64,000 bases of DNA from an uncultured Bacilli bacterium (GTDB taxonomy: Bacteria > Bacillota_I > Bacilli_A > RF39 > UBA660), in NCBI GenBank assembly GCA_944332295.1, contig CALVJR010000001.1:64585-128584 (forward strand), read 5' to 3'. The notes under the pieces were generated by a model. That model had not been told where the DNA came from and made no database searches. It worked only from the letters and a program-made list of their open reading frames with translations. Of this stretch, positions 1 to 10,066 are shown piece after piece. The translations under genes were made by a program, and so were the position numbers. Positions within the stretch are counted from its first letter, which is position 1; each line of letters starts with the position of its first letter.

Positions 1-778
1 TGCAGATGATAAGGATTTAACATCAGCAGAAAAAGGTAAAGAGGACTTTACAAGATTCATTGGCAAAGATATTAAAGGTATGAAAATAGCTCTTCCAAAC
101 TACTTTATGAGTGATATTGTAACAGAAGAGATTAGAAATGAAGTCGAAAAAGCAAAGAAAATATTAGAAGAAAATGGTGCAATAGTAGATTATGTAGACA
201 TGAAATATTTAGACAAAGCAGTCACACTATATCAAATTATTGCCATGGGAGAAGCATCTTCTAATTTAGCGAGATTTGATGGAATCCGTTATGGATATAC
301 AACAGAAAATCCTAAAGATATTGAAGATTTATATTTAGAAACTAGAAAAAATGGTTTTGGTAAAGAAGTAAAAAGAAGAATTATGGTAGGCTCTTATTTA
401 CTAAGTGGAGAAAATGCCAAGATTTATTACAATAAAGCACTATCTATTAGAGATGATATGAAAAAAGAATTTGATAGAATCTTTAAAGATTACGATTTAA
501 TCATAGGTCCAACTACAACAACAACAGCTTATGACTTAACAGATCCTATGGATGATCCATCTAAGAGTTTTATGGACGATGTATTAGTTATACCAGTAAA
601 TATGGCAGGACTTCCTGGACTTTCTCTTCCAATCGGATTTGGTAAAGAAAATATGCCAATAGGACTTCATATTATTGGTAATAGCTTCGAAGAAGCGACA
701 ATCTATCAACTAGCAAGTTTTCTAGAAAAGAAATTAAATTTAGATTTAAATCCAAGAAAGGATGATGAAAATGTCTAA
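1..778 (+). CDS. gatA: Glu-tRNA(Gln)/Asp-tRNA(Asn) amidotransferase subunit A, C-terminal part (5' end upstream of window)
   Basis: Frame is open from base 2 (ADDKDLTSAEKGKEDF...) into tracked ORF 80..778. Amidase/GatA-type C-terminus (SNLARFDGIRYG, GLPGLSLPIGF). 3' end overlaps gatB as in gatCAB operons. Confidence 0.9.
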   Translation, partial: ADDKDLTSAEKGKEDFTRFIGKDIKGMKIALPNYFMSDIVTEEIRNEVEKAKKILEENGAIVDYVDMKYLDKAVTLYQIIAMGEASSNLARFDGIRYGYTTENPKDIEDLYLETRKNGFGKEVKRRIMVGSYLLSGENAKIYYNKALSIRDDMKKEFDRIFKDYDLIIGPTTTTTAYDLTDPMDDPSKSFMDDVLVIPVNMAGLPGLSLPIGFGKENMPIGLHIIGNSFEEATIYQLASFLEKKLNLDLNPRKDDENV

Positions 779-2195
779 CTATATTCCAACCGTCGGTATC
801 GAAGTACATTGTGAATTAAAAACAAATACTAAGATATTTTCAAATAGTATCAATGGTTATGGACAAATGGCAAATGCTTTAACTAATGTAGTAGACCTAG
901 GTTACCCAGGAACTCTTCCTACATTAAATAAAGAAGTACTAAATCTAGCAATCAAAGCAGCACTAATTCTAAATTGTAAAATCAGAAGACAAATGCACTT
1001 CGATAGAAAAAACTATTTTTATCCTGATAATCCAAAAAATTATCAAATTACCCAAGCAGAAACTCCAATTGGATATGATGGATATGTAGAAATTGAAGTA
1101 AATGGTAAAAAGAAAAAAATAGAAATAGAAGAAATTCATATCGAAGAAGATACTTGTAAAAGTACGCATAGAGGAACAAAGACACTACTAGACTTTAATC
1201 GTGCAGGAGTACCATTAATCGAGATTGTAACAAAGCCATGTATGGAAAGTGGAGAAGAGGCAAAACTTTACTTAGAAAAACTAAGAGAATTATTATTTTA
1301 TAGTGATGTATCAGACTGTAAGATAGAAGAAGGATCAATGAGAGCAGACGCTAATGTATCTATTAGAAAAGAAGTATCTGATTCTTTTGGAACAAAGGCA
1401 GAAATTAAAAATATTGGTTCTATTTCTAATGTTAAACTAAGTATTGATAAAGAGATAGAACGTCAAAGTAAATTATATGATAATGGTGAAACTTTTCAAC
1501 CACAGACAAGACGTTTTGATTCTAAATTAAATGACACAGTCTTAATGCGTATAAAAGAAACAGGAAATGACTATCGTTATTTCCCAGAACCAGATATTCC
1601 TTATGTATATATAACAGATGAACAAATAGAAAAAGTAAAAAGTACAATTCCAATGTTACCAGATGAAAGAAAAGAAAAATATATAAATCTTGGTATCAGT
1701 GAAGTAAATGCTAAAAAATTAATCGGAAATCGTGCATTAAGTGATTATCTAAATGAACTTTTAGAAGAAAAGATAAACTTCAAAACAGCATCTAACTTAT
1801 TATTAGGAGATATTTCAGCATATTTAAACAAAAATGAAACTGAAATTACAAAAACAAATCTTTCTAAAGAGAAGTTTATTGAATTAACAAATAATATAAG
1901 TGATGGAACTATTACTAGCAAAAACTTAAAAGAAATAATAAATACTATTATGGAAAGTGAAAAGTCAATCGAAGAGATTATCAAAGAAGCTGGAATTCAA
2001 AATATTACAGATAATTCTGCCATCACAGAAATGATTAGAAAAATTATCGATGAAAACAAAGAAAGTGTAGAAGACTATAAAGCTGGAAAAGATCGTGCAA
2101 TTAAATACTTAATGGGACAAGTAATGAAAGAAAGTAAGGGAACTTTAAACCCTTCTATGGCTATGGATATTTTAAAAGAAGAGTTAAACAAATAA
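771..2195 (+). CDS. gatB: Asp/Glu-tRNA amidotransferase subunit B
   Basis: Full-length GatB-like translation (PTVGIEVHCEL..., NRAGVPLIEIVT, C-terminal GatB/YqeY-like helical tail). ATG 771 sits 8 nt after AAAGGA; in-frame ATGs at 762/765 are alternatives. Confidence 0.93.
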   Translation: MSNYIPTVGIEVHCELKTNTKIFSNSINGYGQMANALTNVVDLGYPGTLPTLNKEVLNLAIKAALILNCKIRRQMHFDRKNYFYPDNPKNYQITQAETPIGYDGYVEIEVNGKKKKIEIEEIHIEEDTCKSTHRGTKTLLDFNRAGVPLIEIVTKPCMESGEEAKLYLEKLRELLFYSDVSDCKIEEGSMRADANVSIRKEVSDSFGTKAEIKNIGSISNVKLSIDKEIERQSKLYDNGETFQPQTRRFDSKLNDTVLMRIKETGNDYRYFPEPDIPYVYITDEQIEKVKSTIPMLPDERKEKYINLGISEVNAKKLIGNRALSDYLNELLEEKINFKTASNLLLGDISAYLNKNETEITKTNLSKEKFIELTNNISDGTITSKNLKEIINTIMESEKSIEEIIKEAGIQNITDNSAITEMIRKIIDENKESVEDYKAGKDRAIKYLMGQVMKESKGTLNPSMAMDILKEELNK

Positions 2196-2248
2196 TTGAA
2201 AAAGAAATATACATAGTGTATAATTAAAATACTAGGATGTGATAATAA

Positions 2249-2710
2249 ATGAGTTTTATAAGAAAAAATAAATTTGTAATTATAGCAATAGGAATATTTT
2301 TAATATTAGTGATATTAGCGTTTCAAGTAGTAAATATGTTCTTTCCAGAAGAAGGAAAAGCTTTATATGGAAATCGTTTAGATGGAATTGAAGCAGTAGA
2401 AATTACTGATAGCAAAAAAGGACAAATAGAGTCATCATTAAAAGAAGATGCTATCACAAAAGAAGCAAAAGTCAGTGTAGCTGGAAAAATAATTGAAGTA
2501 ATTGTAACGGTACAAGATGACACAACGAAAGATGCAGCAAAAGCATTAGCAACTAGAGTATTAGATTCTCTAGAAGAAGATGAAAAAGCATTTTATGATA
2601 TTCAAATTTTTGTGAAAAAGGATACAGATGCTAGTGACTTTCCAATTATTGGTTACAAACATCATGCAAAAGACGCCTTTTCATGGACAAAGGATAGAGA
2701 GGCAGCATAA
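2249..2710 (+). CDS. Membrane-anchored protein of unknown function
   Basis: 153-aa ORF with one N-terminal TM helix (FVIIAIGIFLILVILAF) and a soluble domain. Tightly coupled (ATAATG) to the next gene. Confidence 0.7.
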   Translation: MSFIRKNKFVIIAIGIFLILVILAFQVVNMFFPEEGKALYGNRLDGIEAVEITDSKKGQIESSLKEDAITKEAKVSVAGKIIEVIVTVQDDTTKDAAKALATRVLDSLEEDEKAFYDIQIFVKKDTDASDFPIIGYKHHAKDAFSWTKDREAA

Positions 2711-4749
2711 TGAAAAAGAAATTACTAATTATAATTCCTATTATAATAGCGATTGTAACATTTATTTTTGTATATCGCTATTATAATAAAGAAGATGAAA
2801 CTACAACTTTAACTGTAACAGAAAAACGCTGGGTTCAAGATCATGCCAATCAAACTTATGACTTTGAAGTGGTAAATGATTATCCACTATATGGAGTTAA
2901 TGGAGAGGGTGTAATCTTTAGTTTTTTAGATGATTTTGAAAAGAATATAGGATTAGAATTCAATAGAATACCATATTTAAAAGAATCAACAACTCAAACA
3001 AAAAGCTTCAGAATTAGAATATTAGATAATGACAAAGAATTAGGAAAGAATGACCTACCATTGTTTAATGACAGTTATGTTGCTATAGGAAAAACATATC
3101 AGAGAATAAATAGTATTAAAGATTTTAAAAATACAACATTTGGTGTATTTGAAGAAGACTCTAGTGATATAAGCTATTATTTAAAAAGTGGTAGCAATCT
3201 ATCTTTTAAAACATATCAAAAAATTGAAGACTTATATACAGCATTAGATAATAATGATGTAGATATGATTATTGTTCCAAACATCATGTATTTAAACTAT
3301 ACGATTGAAAAAAATAAATATTCCATCAATTATTTCTTTACAGAAATGCAAAAACAAATCGTTTTAACACTAAGTAATAATAATGACAAGTTAAATGAGA
3401 TAGTAACAAAATATTACAATAAATGGAAACAAACAAAATATGTAGAAGAATATAATGATGCCTATCTAGACTACTATTTAAGCGCAAACGAATTAGATGC
3501 TAAAACAAAAGCAGAATTGATTTCTAAAAACTATACATATGGCTACGTAGAAAATCCACCATATGAACAAATGGTAAATGGAAAAGTAGCTGGTATTGCA
3601 GGTGAATATGTAGACAGGGTAGCAAGATTATCAGGAATTACATTTAAATACAAAGAATACGAAACTGTAGAAGACTTAGAAAAAGCTATTGATAAAGGAG
3701 AAGTTGACTTATACTTCGATTATTACAATTATAATAATGAAAAATACAAATCAACATTATCAACATTTATAGAAAAATATGTAGTTTTAGGAAATGAAGA
3801 AGATAATCATATTGTAACTTCTTTTGAAAGTATGAAAGGAAAACAACTAGCGATGCTTTCAAAAGACTCATTATATAATTATTTTTCTAATAATGCCAGA
3901 GCAAAGATTAAAACTTATGACAACATAGAGGATTTAGTAAAGAATAGTGGAGATAGATTAATAGTAGTGGATAGAGAAATCTATACTCACTATCAAAATG
4001 AAGAATTTAAAGATCTAAAATTACTATATGCAGATACAATGATGAATGATTATAAGTTTATGGTAAAAAATAATAATGAAGCATTCTATGATTTGTTTAA
4101 CTACATTATCAATACAAACTCATACTACAATTATAGAAATAGTGGAATTACAAACTTAAATGCATCTATTTTAGAAAACTCAACATTTGAACAAGTTTAT
4201 ACAATTGTATTAACAATTATCTTTGTGCCATTAATCATTTTATTAATTATTTATCTAATTATTAAGAAAAAGCATCAAATTAAAAAAGTAAAAGCCAGTG
4301 ATAGACATAAATATACAGATATGTTAACATCACTAAAAAATAGGAATTACTTAAACGCTAAAATGCCTGAATGGGAAGAGTCAAAAGTATTTCCACAATC
4401 TATCGTAATGGTTGATTTAAATAATGTAAAATATATTAATGATAATTATGGTCACGAAGAAGGAGACGAACTAATTATCAAAGCTGCTAGTATCTTAGTA
4501 AATACGCAATTAGAAAATAGTGAAGTAATACGTACAGATGGTAATGAATTCTTAATCTATTTAGTAGGTTATAGTGAAAGACAGGTATCAACCTATGTCA
4601 AAAAACTAGGAAAAGAAATGAAAAACTTACCACATGAATTTGGAGCAGCTATTGGTTATAGCATGATTACTGATGAAATAAAAACATTAGATGATGCCAT
4701 TAATGAAGCAACATTAGAAATGATTACAGCAAAAGAAGAAATGAAGTAA
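2710..4749 (+). CDS. Membrane receptor with extracytoplasmic solute-binding-like domains and a degenerate GGDEF domain
   Basis: N-terminal TM, ~480-aa extracellular part, second TM (VLTIIFVPLIILLIIYLII), then a GGDEF-fold region (LTSLKNRNYL...DLNNVKYINDNYGHEEGDELI...RTDGNEFLIYL). The signature reads DGNEF instead of GG[DE]EF. Confidence 0.8.
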   Translation: MKKKLLIIIPIIIAIVTFIFVYRYYNKEDETTTLTVTEKRWVQDHANQTYDFEVVNDYPLYGVNGEGVIFSFLDDFEKNIGLEFNRIPYLKESTTQTKSFRIRILDNDKELGKNDLPLFNDSYVAIGKTYQRINSIKDFKNTTFGVFEEDSSDISYYLKSGSNLSFKTYQKIEDLYTALDNNDVDMIIVPNIMYLNYTIEKNKYSINYFFTEMQKQIVLTLSNNNDKLNEIVTKYYNKWKQTKYVEEYNDAYLDYYLSANELDAKTKAELISKNYTYGYVENPPYEQMVNGKVAGIAGEYVDRVARLSGITFKYKEYETVEDLEKAIDKGEVDLYFDYYNYNNEKYKSTLSTFIEKYVVLGNEEDNHIVTSFESMKGKQLAMLSKDSLYNYFSNNARAKIKTYDNIEDLVKNSGDRLIVVDREIYTHYQNEEFKDLKLLYADTMMNDYKFMVKNNNEAFYDLFNYIINTNSYYNYRNSGITNLNASILENSTFEQVYTIVLTIIFVPLIILLIIYLIIKKKHQIKKVKASDRHKYTDMLTSLKNRNYLNAKMPEWEESKVFPQSIVMVDLNNVKYINDNYGHEEGDELIIKAASILVNTQLENSEVIRTDGNEFLIYLVGYSERQVSTYVKKLGKEMKNLPHEFGAAIGYSMITDEIKTLDDAINEATLEMITAKEEMK

Positions 4750-4766
4750 AAAAGGGATGAAGATAA

Positions 4767-5612
4767 ATGGAGCGAGTAACAGGATTTATTAAAAAAGTTA
4801 TTTCAATCGTTGCACGACCTGAAATGCGAGTACTTCCTGGACAACTTGCTTTTTTCTTTGTATTATCACTGATTCCCTTAATTGCTTTAATAGGAGCAAT
4901 AACATCTAGATTTTCAATACCAGTAGAAGCGTTAGATGAATATTTATTATCTGCAATACCTGGATCTATATCTGAAATGCTATTAAATACTACCGTACAA
5001 AATAATATAAATTTTAATATCTTTGTCTTCTTTTTATCTGCTTTTTTGTTAGCATCCAACGGTACACATTCCATGATTATTACCTCTAATGAAATATACA
5101 AAATAAAATCGGATAATGTTATAAAAAGAAGATTAAAAGCAATAGGAATGACTTTTATTATGGTAGGTATATTTTTATTCTTGATATTAGTACCAGTCTA
5201 TGGAGATACCATATTTAGCATTATAAGAGAAACATCTACCAACCAAACTATTGTCAACTTTATTTATCGAATCTATCAAATCATAAAATACCCAATCTCA
5301 ATATTGGTAGTATATTTAAATATTAAATTATTATATGTAATAGCGCCAGATAAAAAAATCAGAAGTAAAACAACAACAAAAGGAGCGTTATTTACAACAA
5401 TTAGTTGGATTCTAGCAACAGAAATATATACATTCTATATTGGAACATTTTCTAAATATGATGTATTCTACGGAAATATTTCAAATATTGTAATATTACT
5501 CTTATGGATTTACATCTTATCATACATCTTTGTATTAGGAATGGCTATTAATGCTGGAAATACTACAGAAGAAGATATTGAAAGAACAGGAATGTTACTA
5601 ACAAAAAAATAA
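4767..5612 (+). CDS. YihY/BrkB-family polytopic membrane protein
   Basis: N-terminus ...LPGQLAFFFVLSLIPLIALIGA... and about 6 TM segments are typical of the YihY (formerly 'RNase BN') family. Confidence 0.8.
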   Translation: MERVTGFIKKVISIVARPEMRVLPGQLAFFFVLSLIPLIALIGAITSRFSIPVEALDEYLLSAIPGSISEMLLNTTVQNNINFNIFVFFLSAFLLASNGTHSMIITSNEIYKIKSDNVIKRRLKAIGMTFIMVGIFLFLILVPVYGDTIFSIIRETSTNQTIVNFIYRIYQIIKYPISILVVYLNIKLLYVIAPDKKIRSKTTTKGALFTTISWILATEIYTFYIGTFSKYDVFYGNISNIVILLLWIYILSYIFVLGMAINAGNTTEEDIERTGMLLTKK

Positions 5613-5644
5613 CATTCTTTTTCTATGAAAGATAGTTGAAATAA

Positions 5645-5673
5645 TTGAAAAAAGGATATAATAATGCTATAAT
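5645..5673 (+). promoter_or_regulatory. Sigma-A-type promoter for the LtaS-family gene
   Basis: TTGAAA (5645-5650), 17-nt spacer, TATAAT (5668-5673), about 45 nt upstream of the start codon. Confidence 0.65.
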
Positions 5674-5718
5674 ATAATAAGCAAAGTTCGAGATAAAAGA
5701 AACAAAAAGCGAGGTCGA

Positions 5719-7812
5719 ATGATGAAAAATATAAAAAATAGTTTAAATAGAACCATGGGCACAATAAAAGAGGATTTAATACGTATAAAAGAAGAACACT
5801 TAATTCGTGAATACTTTAAGAAAAATATTTTATTTCTCACTTTTGTTATCACCTGTGTTATTAATTCTACGATGCTGAGATTTTTTTGTATAAACTCAGT
5901 AGAAAATTATTTAGCAATTGCACCCATTTTAGCAGACTTATCCATAGTGGTAATTGTTGGAGGTCTTGGATATTTATTAAAACCTAAAAATAGATTGGCT
6001 TATTACATGGGATTTAGTATTTTTTTCTCAGCAATTTGCTTAATTAATTCCATTTATTATACTTATTATACTTCTTTTGCATCAGTTTCAATGTTATCAT
6101 TAACACAATATATTGGTGATGTAGGAGATGCTGTAGTAGAGCAAGCTATCCAATTTAAAGATTTATTATATATTTTAGCTCCGATTATATTAGCGCTAGT
6201 AAATGCGAAACAAAAGAAAAAAATTACACCAAAAAAAATAGAGTTAAAATCAGAGAGAAAGAAAAAAGCACTAAAGACAGTGGCCGTTGGAGTAGTTTTT
6301 GCAATAATATTTTTATTTACATTAACACCAACCGATATGTCTAGATTAATAAAGCAATGGAATAGAGAATACATCGTTATGAAATATGGTATCTATATCT
6401 ATCAAGCAAACGATGTCGTTGCATCGATTCAACCAAAAATAAATTCACTATTTGGCTACGATCAAGCTAAAAAGAAATTTAAAGATTACTTTTCCGATAC
6501 AAAAGAACATCAGGATAACAAATATACAAATATATTTGAAGGAAAAAATGTAATAGTAATACACGGTGAAAGTTTGCAAACCAACTTAATGGAGTTGTCA
6601 TTCAATGGAGAAGAAGTAACACCAAACTTAAATAAATTAGCATCTGAAGGAATGTTTTTCTCCAATTTCTACTCTCCAGTAAGTGTTGGAACAAGTAGTG
6701 ACGCTGAATTAATGTTTAACACCTCTCTTTTACCAACAAAAAATGGTACAGCCTTTGTATCTTATTCCAATAGAACATACAACGCAACACCAGGATTATT
6801 AAGAGAAAAAGGTTATTATACCTTTAGTATGCATGGAAATAATGCAGATTTTTGGAATAGACGTTCTATGCATAAAAGTCTAGGATATGATAGATTCTAT
6901 AGTAAAGAAGATTATAATGTAACCGAAGAAAATACAGTTGGATTAGGAATTAATGATTATGCATTTTTTGATCAATCTGTAGAAAAACTTACTAAAATAG
7001 CTGAGAAACATGATAAATGGTATGGTATGATGATGATGCTATCTAATCATACACCATTCTCAGAAGTAGATAAATATGGTGATTTTCCTGTAGATATTAA
7101 AGAAACTATAACAAATGAAGATGGTACAACAGAAGAAGTAAGCTATCCATATATGGAAGGAACTAAATTAGGTAATTACTTTAAATCTGCTCATTATGCC
7201 GATGGAGCAATCGGAGAATTAGTAAGTCGTCTAGAGGAAGAAGGATTACTAGATAACACAGTATTAATAATTTATGGAGATCACGATGCGAGACTTCCAA
7301 GAAGTGACTATAATCGTTTATATAATTATGATAAAGAAACAGACTCTATTCTAGATAAGGATGACCCTAATTATAAGGAATACGATTCTTATCAGTATGA
7401 GTTAGGTAGAAAAGTTCCATTTATTATTTGGACTAAAGATATGAAAGGAACCGATTTAAATAAAGAATATACCAATGTAATGAGTATGTATGATGTAGAG
7501 CCTACTCTTGGTAATATGTTTGGATACTCTAATGAATATGCACTAGGACACGATATTTTTGATATAAAAGATAAAAATATTGTAGTATTCCCTAATGGTA
7601 ACTGGTTAACAAATAAAATATACTATAATAGTCAAAAGGGTGAATATTTGTCATTAACAGAAGAACCTGTAACAGAAGAAGAAATAAAAAAGAACAATGA
7701 GTATGCTAGTGAATTATTAGATGTTTCCAATGACATTATTGTCTTTGACTTATTAAAAGAAGATCAAACAGATGAAAACAGAGTAATAGAAAATCAAGAG
7801 AAAGGAAATTAA
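5719..7812 (+). CDS. LtaS-family (sulfatase-fold) polyglycerolphosphate/lipoteichoic acid synthase-like transferase
   Basis: Five N-terminal TM helices followed by an extracellular sulfatase-type domain with the catalytic-Thr context VSVGTSSDAELMF and ...IIYGDHD.... Confidence 0.88.
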   Translation: MMKNIKNSLNRTMGTIKEDLIRIKEEHLIREYFKKNILFLTFVITCVINSTMLRFFCINSVENYLAIAPILADLSIVVIVGGLGYLLKPKNRLAYYMGFSIFFSAICLINSIYYTYYTSFASVSMLSLTQYIGDVGDAVVEQAIQFKDLLYILAPIILALVNAKQKKKITPKKIELKSERKKKALKTVAVGVVFAIIFLFTLTPTDMSRLIKQWNREYIVMKYGIYIYQANDVVASIQPKINSLFGYDQAKKKFKDYFSDTKEHQDNKYTNIFEGKNVIVIHGESLQTNLMELSFNGEEVTPNLNKLASEGMFFSNFYSPVSVGTSSDAELMFNTSLLPTKNGTAFVSYSNRTYNATPGLLREKGYYTFSMHGNNADFWNRRSMHKSLGYDRFYSKEDYNVTEENTVGLGINDYAFFDQSVEKLTKIAEKHDKWYGMMMMLSNHTPFSEVDKYGDFPVDIKETITNEDGTTEEVSYPYMEGTKLGNYFKSAHYADGAIGELVSRLEEEGLLDNTVLIIYGDHDARLPRSDYNRLYNYDKETDSILDKDDPNYKEYDSYQYELGRKVPFIIWTKDMKGTDLNKEYTNVMSMYDVEPTLGNMFGYSNEYALGHDIFDIKDKNIVVFPNGNWLTNKIYYNSQKGEYLSLTEEPVTEEEIKKNNEYASELLDVSNDIIVFDLLKEDQTDENRVIENQEKGN

Positions 7813-7815
7813 ACT

Positions 7816-8439
7816 ATGAAATTAAAAAAGAAAGCAAAGAGAATAATAATTGTTGTTCTAATAATTGCAATCGCAGCAATAGGGTTTGTAGGTTATAACG
7901 TATTTTTCTCAAAACCAGAAGTAGCAGAGGCAAAAGTGTTAAAGACAATAAAAAAATACGGATATACTCTAAAAGATAATAAAAGTAAAAGATATCAAAC
8001 AATGTTTGAAGAGCTAGATAAAATATTAAAAAAAGATCCGGTAAACGAAGAAGAATATGTTAAAAAAATTGCGGAGATGTTTATCTATGACTTCTATACA
8101 TTGAATGATAAGACAGCAAAAACAGATGTAGGAGGAACAGATTTTGTATATACAGCATCACTTTCAAATTTCTTAGAAAATGCGGAAAATACGTATTATA
8201 AGTATGTAGAAAGTGATATTTATGATCAAAGAAATCAAAAACTACCTACAGTAGATGAAATAACAATCGATAGTGTAGAAAAGATAGAATATGCTTATGC
8301 AGAAACTTCAGATGATGCTGCTTATGAAGTAAAAGCATCATGGACATATACCGATAGTGATTTTGCAAAATATCAAAATGAAGCAACACTAACATTTATT
8401 CATGAAGATACAAAATTATCTCTAGCAGAATTAAAATAG
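7816..8439 (+). CDS. Membrane-anchored protein of unknown function
   Basis: 207-aa ORF, N-terminal anchor IIIVVLIIAIAAIGFVGY, starts 4 nt after the LtaS-like gene. Confidence 0.7.
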   Translation: MKLKKKAKRIIIVVLIIAIAAIGFVGYNVFFSKPEVAEAKVLKTIKKYGYTLKDNKSKRYQTMFEELDKILKKDPVNEEEYVKKIAEMFIYDFYTLNDKTAKTDVGGTDFVYTASLSNFLENAENTYYKYVESDIYDQRNQKLPTVDEITIDSVEKIEYAYAETSDDAAYEVKASWTYTDSDFAKYQNEATLTFIHEDTKLSLAELK

Positions 8440-8488
8440 GAGCATTGCTTCTATTTTCTTTTTAGTTTATAATAAAAGTGGTGATTCT

Positions 8489-9355
8489 ATGGATAATAAA
8501 GATAACATCAAAAGGAAAAACTCACCTGAGTTAACAATAATTAGTGACGAAGAATTAGAAATAATAAGTCATTTATATAATAGACTAAATCAATATCATT
8601 ATGAATTAATTCCAAAAAAAGATTTAACACCAGTTCCTAATCATCCAGAAGATCAAATAAATATCATTGTAGGATTTTTTCTAGACTTAAATGAAGAGTT
8701 AGGGATAGAAGTAAAAGATATTAGCGATAAAATAAAATCAGGAGAATATAGAATTGCTTTGAACACAGAAGATAAAAATAATGAAGAAAGTGTAGTTTTT
8801 CCAGATTACACAGGAAAAATAGCTTTAGGTAGTACTATTTATTCACTATTTAATATTGCTCATGAAATGACACATTTAATAGGGATAAGAAGAGGATTAG
8901 GAAATGATAGGTTTGCAGAAGTAGAATCACTACTAGTAGAAAAATCACTAGCCCAATATTTATTTAATCATGGGATAATCAATGAAAGAGAAAAAGTCAA
9001 TCAGATTGCTGTAAATCATAACGAGGCTTATAACGCAACAAAAAATTGTCTAGATATTTCTAATTTGTCACCAGAAGAAGCACAAAAATCAGTGAATCGT
9101 AAAGAAAATCAAATACGATTTATTTATGGAGATATCATATCAACATTAGCCATTCAAAATAAATCAAATAAAGAAATAGGAAGAGAACTAAATGAATATT
9201 TATCAAATAAAAATCATTTAAGTTTAAATGGTATATTAGAAAGCTTTAATCTACCTAAAAATAAAAATCAAGTAATAGATGAATACACAACTATAATAGA
9301 CAGAGAATATAGAAAATACTATAAAGGAGGAGAAAAAAGAAATGTTATTCATTGA
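8489..9355 (+). CDS. Putative zinc metallopeptidase (HExxH) of unknown family
   Basis: 288-aa ORF with AHEMTHLIG (HExxH) motif and no signal peptide. RBS GTGGTGA upstream. Confidence 0.6.
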   Translation: MDNKDNIKRKNSPELTIISDEELEIISHLYNRLNQYHYELIPKKDLTPVPNHPEDQINIIVGFFLDLNEELGIEVKDISDKIKSGEYRIALNTEDKNNEESVVFPDYTGKIALGSTIYSLFNIAHEMTHLIGIRRGLGNDRFAEVESLLVEKSLAQYLFNHGIINEREKVNQIAVNHNEAYNATKNCLDISNLSPEEAQKSVNRKENQIRFIYGDIISTLAIQNKSNKEIGRELNEYLSNKNHLSLNGILESFNLPKNKNQVIDEYTTIIDREYRKYYKGGEKRNVIH

Positions 9356-9704
9356 ATATCCTAAATGTTCCACTTGTAAAAAAGCAAAGAAGTTTTTAGA
9401 AGATAATAATCAAGATTTTATAGATAGAAATATCATAACGGAAACACCTTCTAAGGAAGAGTTAGAAACATGGATAAAAAAATATGATATAAAACTAGAT
9501 AAATTATATAATACAAGTGGTATGAAATATAGAGAATTAAACTTAAAAGAAAAAAGACAAAAAATGTCAGAGGAAGAACAGTTAACATTACTATCATCAG
9601 ATGGTATGTTGATAAAAAGACCAATCTTGATAACTAAAAAAGCTATGTTAACAGGTTTTAGAGAACAAGAATGGAAAAAAGTATTAGAGGAGGAAAGAAA
9701 ATGA
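9342..9704 (+). CDS. ArsC/Spx-superfamily (YusI/YffB-like) thiol protein
   Basis: N-terminal YPKCSTCKKAKKFL motif and ...NTSGMKYRELNLKEK... are typical of the ArsC-family YusI group. Confidence 0.8.
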   Translation: MLFIEYPKCSTCKKAKKFLEDNNQDFIDRNIITETPSKEELETWIKKYDIKLDKLYNTSGMKYRELNLKEKRQKMSEEEQLTLLSSDGMLIKRPILITKKAMLTGFREQEWKKVLEEERK

Positions 9705-10066
9705 AAGAATTAGTATTAAAACAATGTAAAAAATGTCATACAATCGTAAAAGTATTAGAAGGAGAAAATGAAATTACTTGCTGTGGAGAAGTAATGGAAG
9801 AAGTAAAAGCAAATAGCGTAGATGCAGCATTTGAAAAACATGTACCAACTTATGAAAAAGTAGGAGAAAATATTCATATCAAAGTAAATCATGTGATGGA
9901 GGAAGATCATTATATTGAATGGATTTTAGTAAAAACAGAAAGAGAAAATAGAGAAGTAATATTAAAACCAGGAGATGCTCCAGAAATGACAGTTCCATAT
10001 GAAAAGGGTGCTTTAATCTATGCGTACTGCAATAAACATGGATTATGGAAAACGGTGGTAGAATAA
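9701..10066 (+). CDS. dfx: Desulfoferrodoxin (superoxide reductase, class I)
   Basis: N-terminal desulforedoxin-like CxxC...CC (CKKCH...ITCCG). C-terminal SOR domain (EKHVP...[12 protein letters not shown]...YCNKHGLW). ATG 9701 follows GAGGAGG; the tracked ORF start 9671 is probably too far upstream. Confidence 0.9.
   Translation: MKELVLKQCKKCHTIVKVLEGENEITCCGEVMEEVKANSVDAAFEKHVPTYEKVGENIHIKVNHVMEEDHYIEWILVKTERENREVILKPGDAPEMTVPYEKGALIYAYCNKHGLWKTVVE

Noticed and set aside
969-1169. Minus-strand ORFs lying wholly inside well-supported plus-strand genes. Examples: 969-1169, 1745-1984, 2323-2523, 6066-6374, 14977-15318, 20115-20456, 22097-22435, 30821-31132, 34416-34739, 36344-36622, 39111-39395, 50828-51055, 51923-52213, 53392-53778, 62562-62849.
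   Set aside because: They are antisense to genes with clear family signatures. They have low-complexity Leu/Phe/Ile/Ser-rich translations typical of the reverse frame of AT-rich coding DNA, and no RBS.
4724-5101. 125-aa minus ORF opposite the YihY gene; 5510-5764 and 5667-5852 minus ORFs over the LtaS promoter region.
   Set aside because: They are antisense to a recognisable YihY-family gene or lie across a consensus promoter. No RBS is present.
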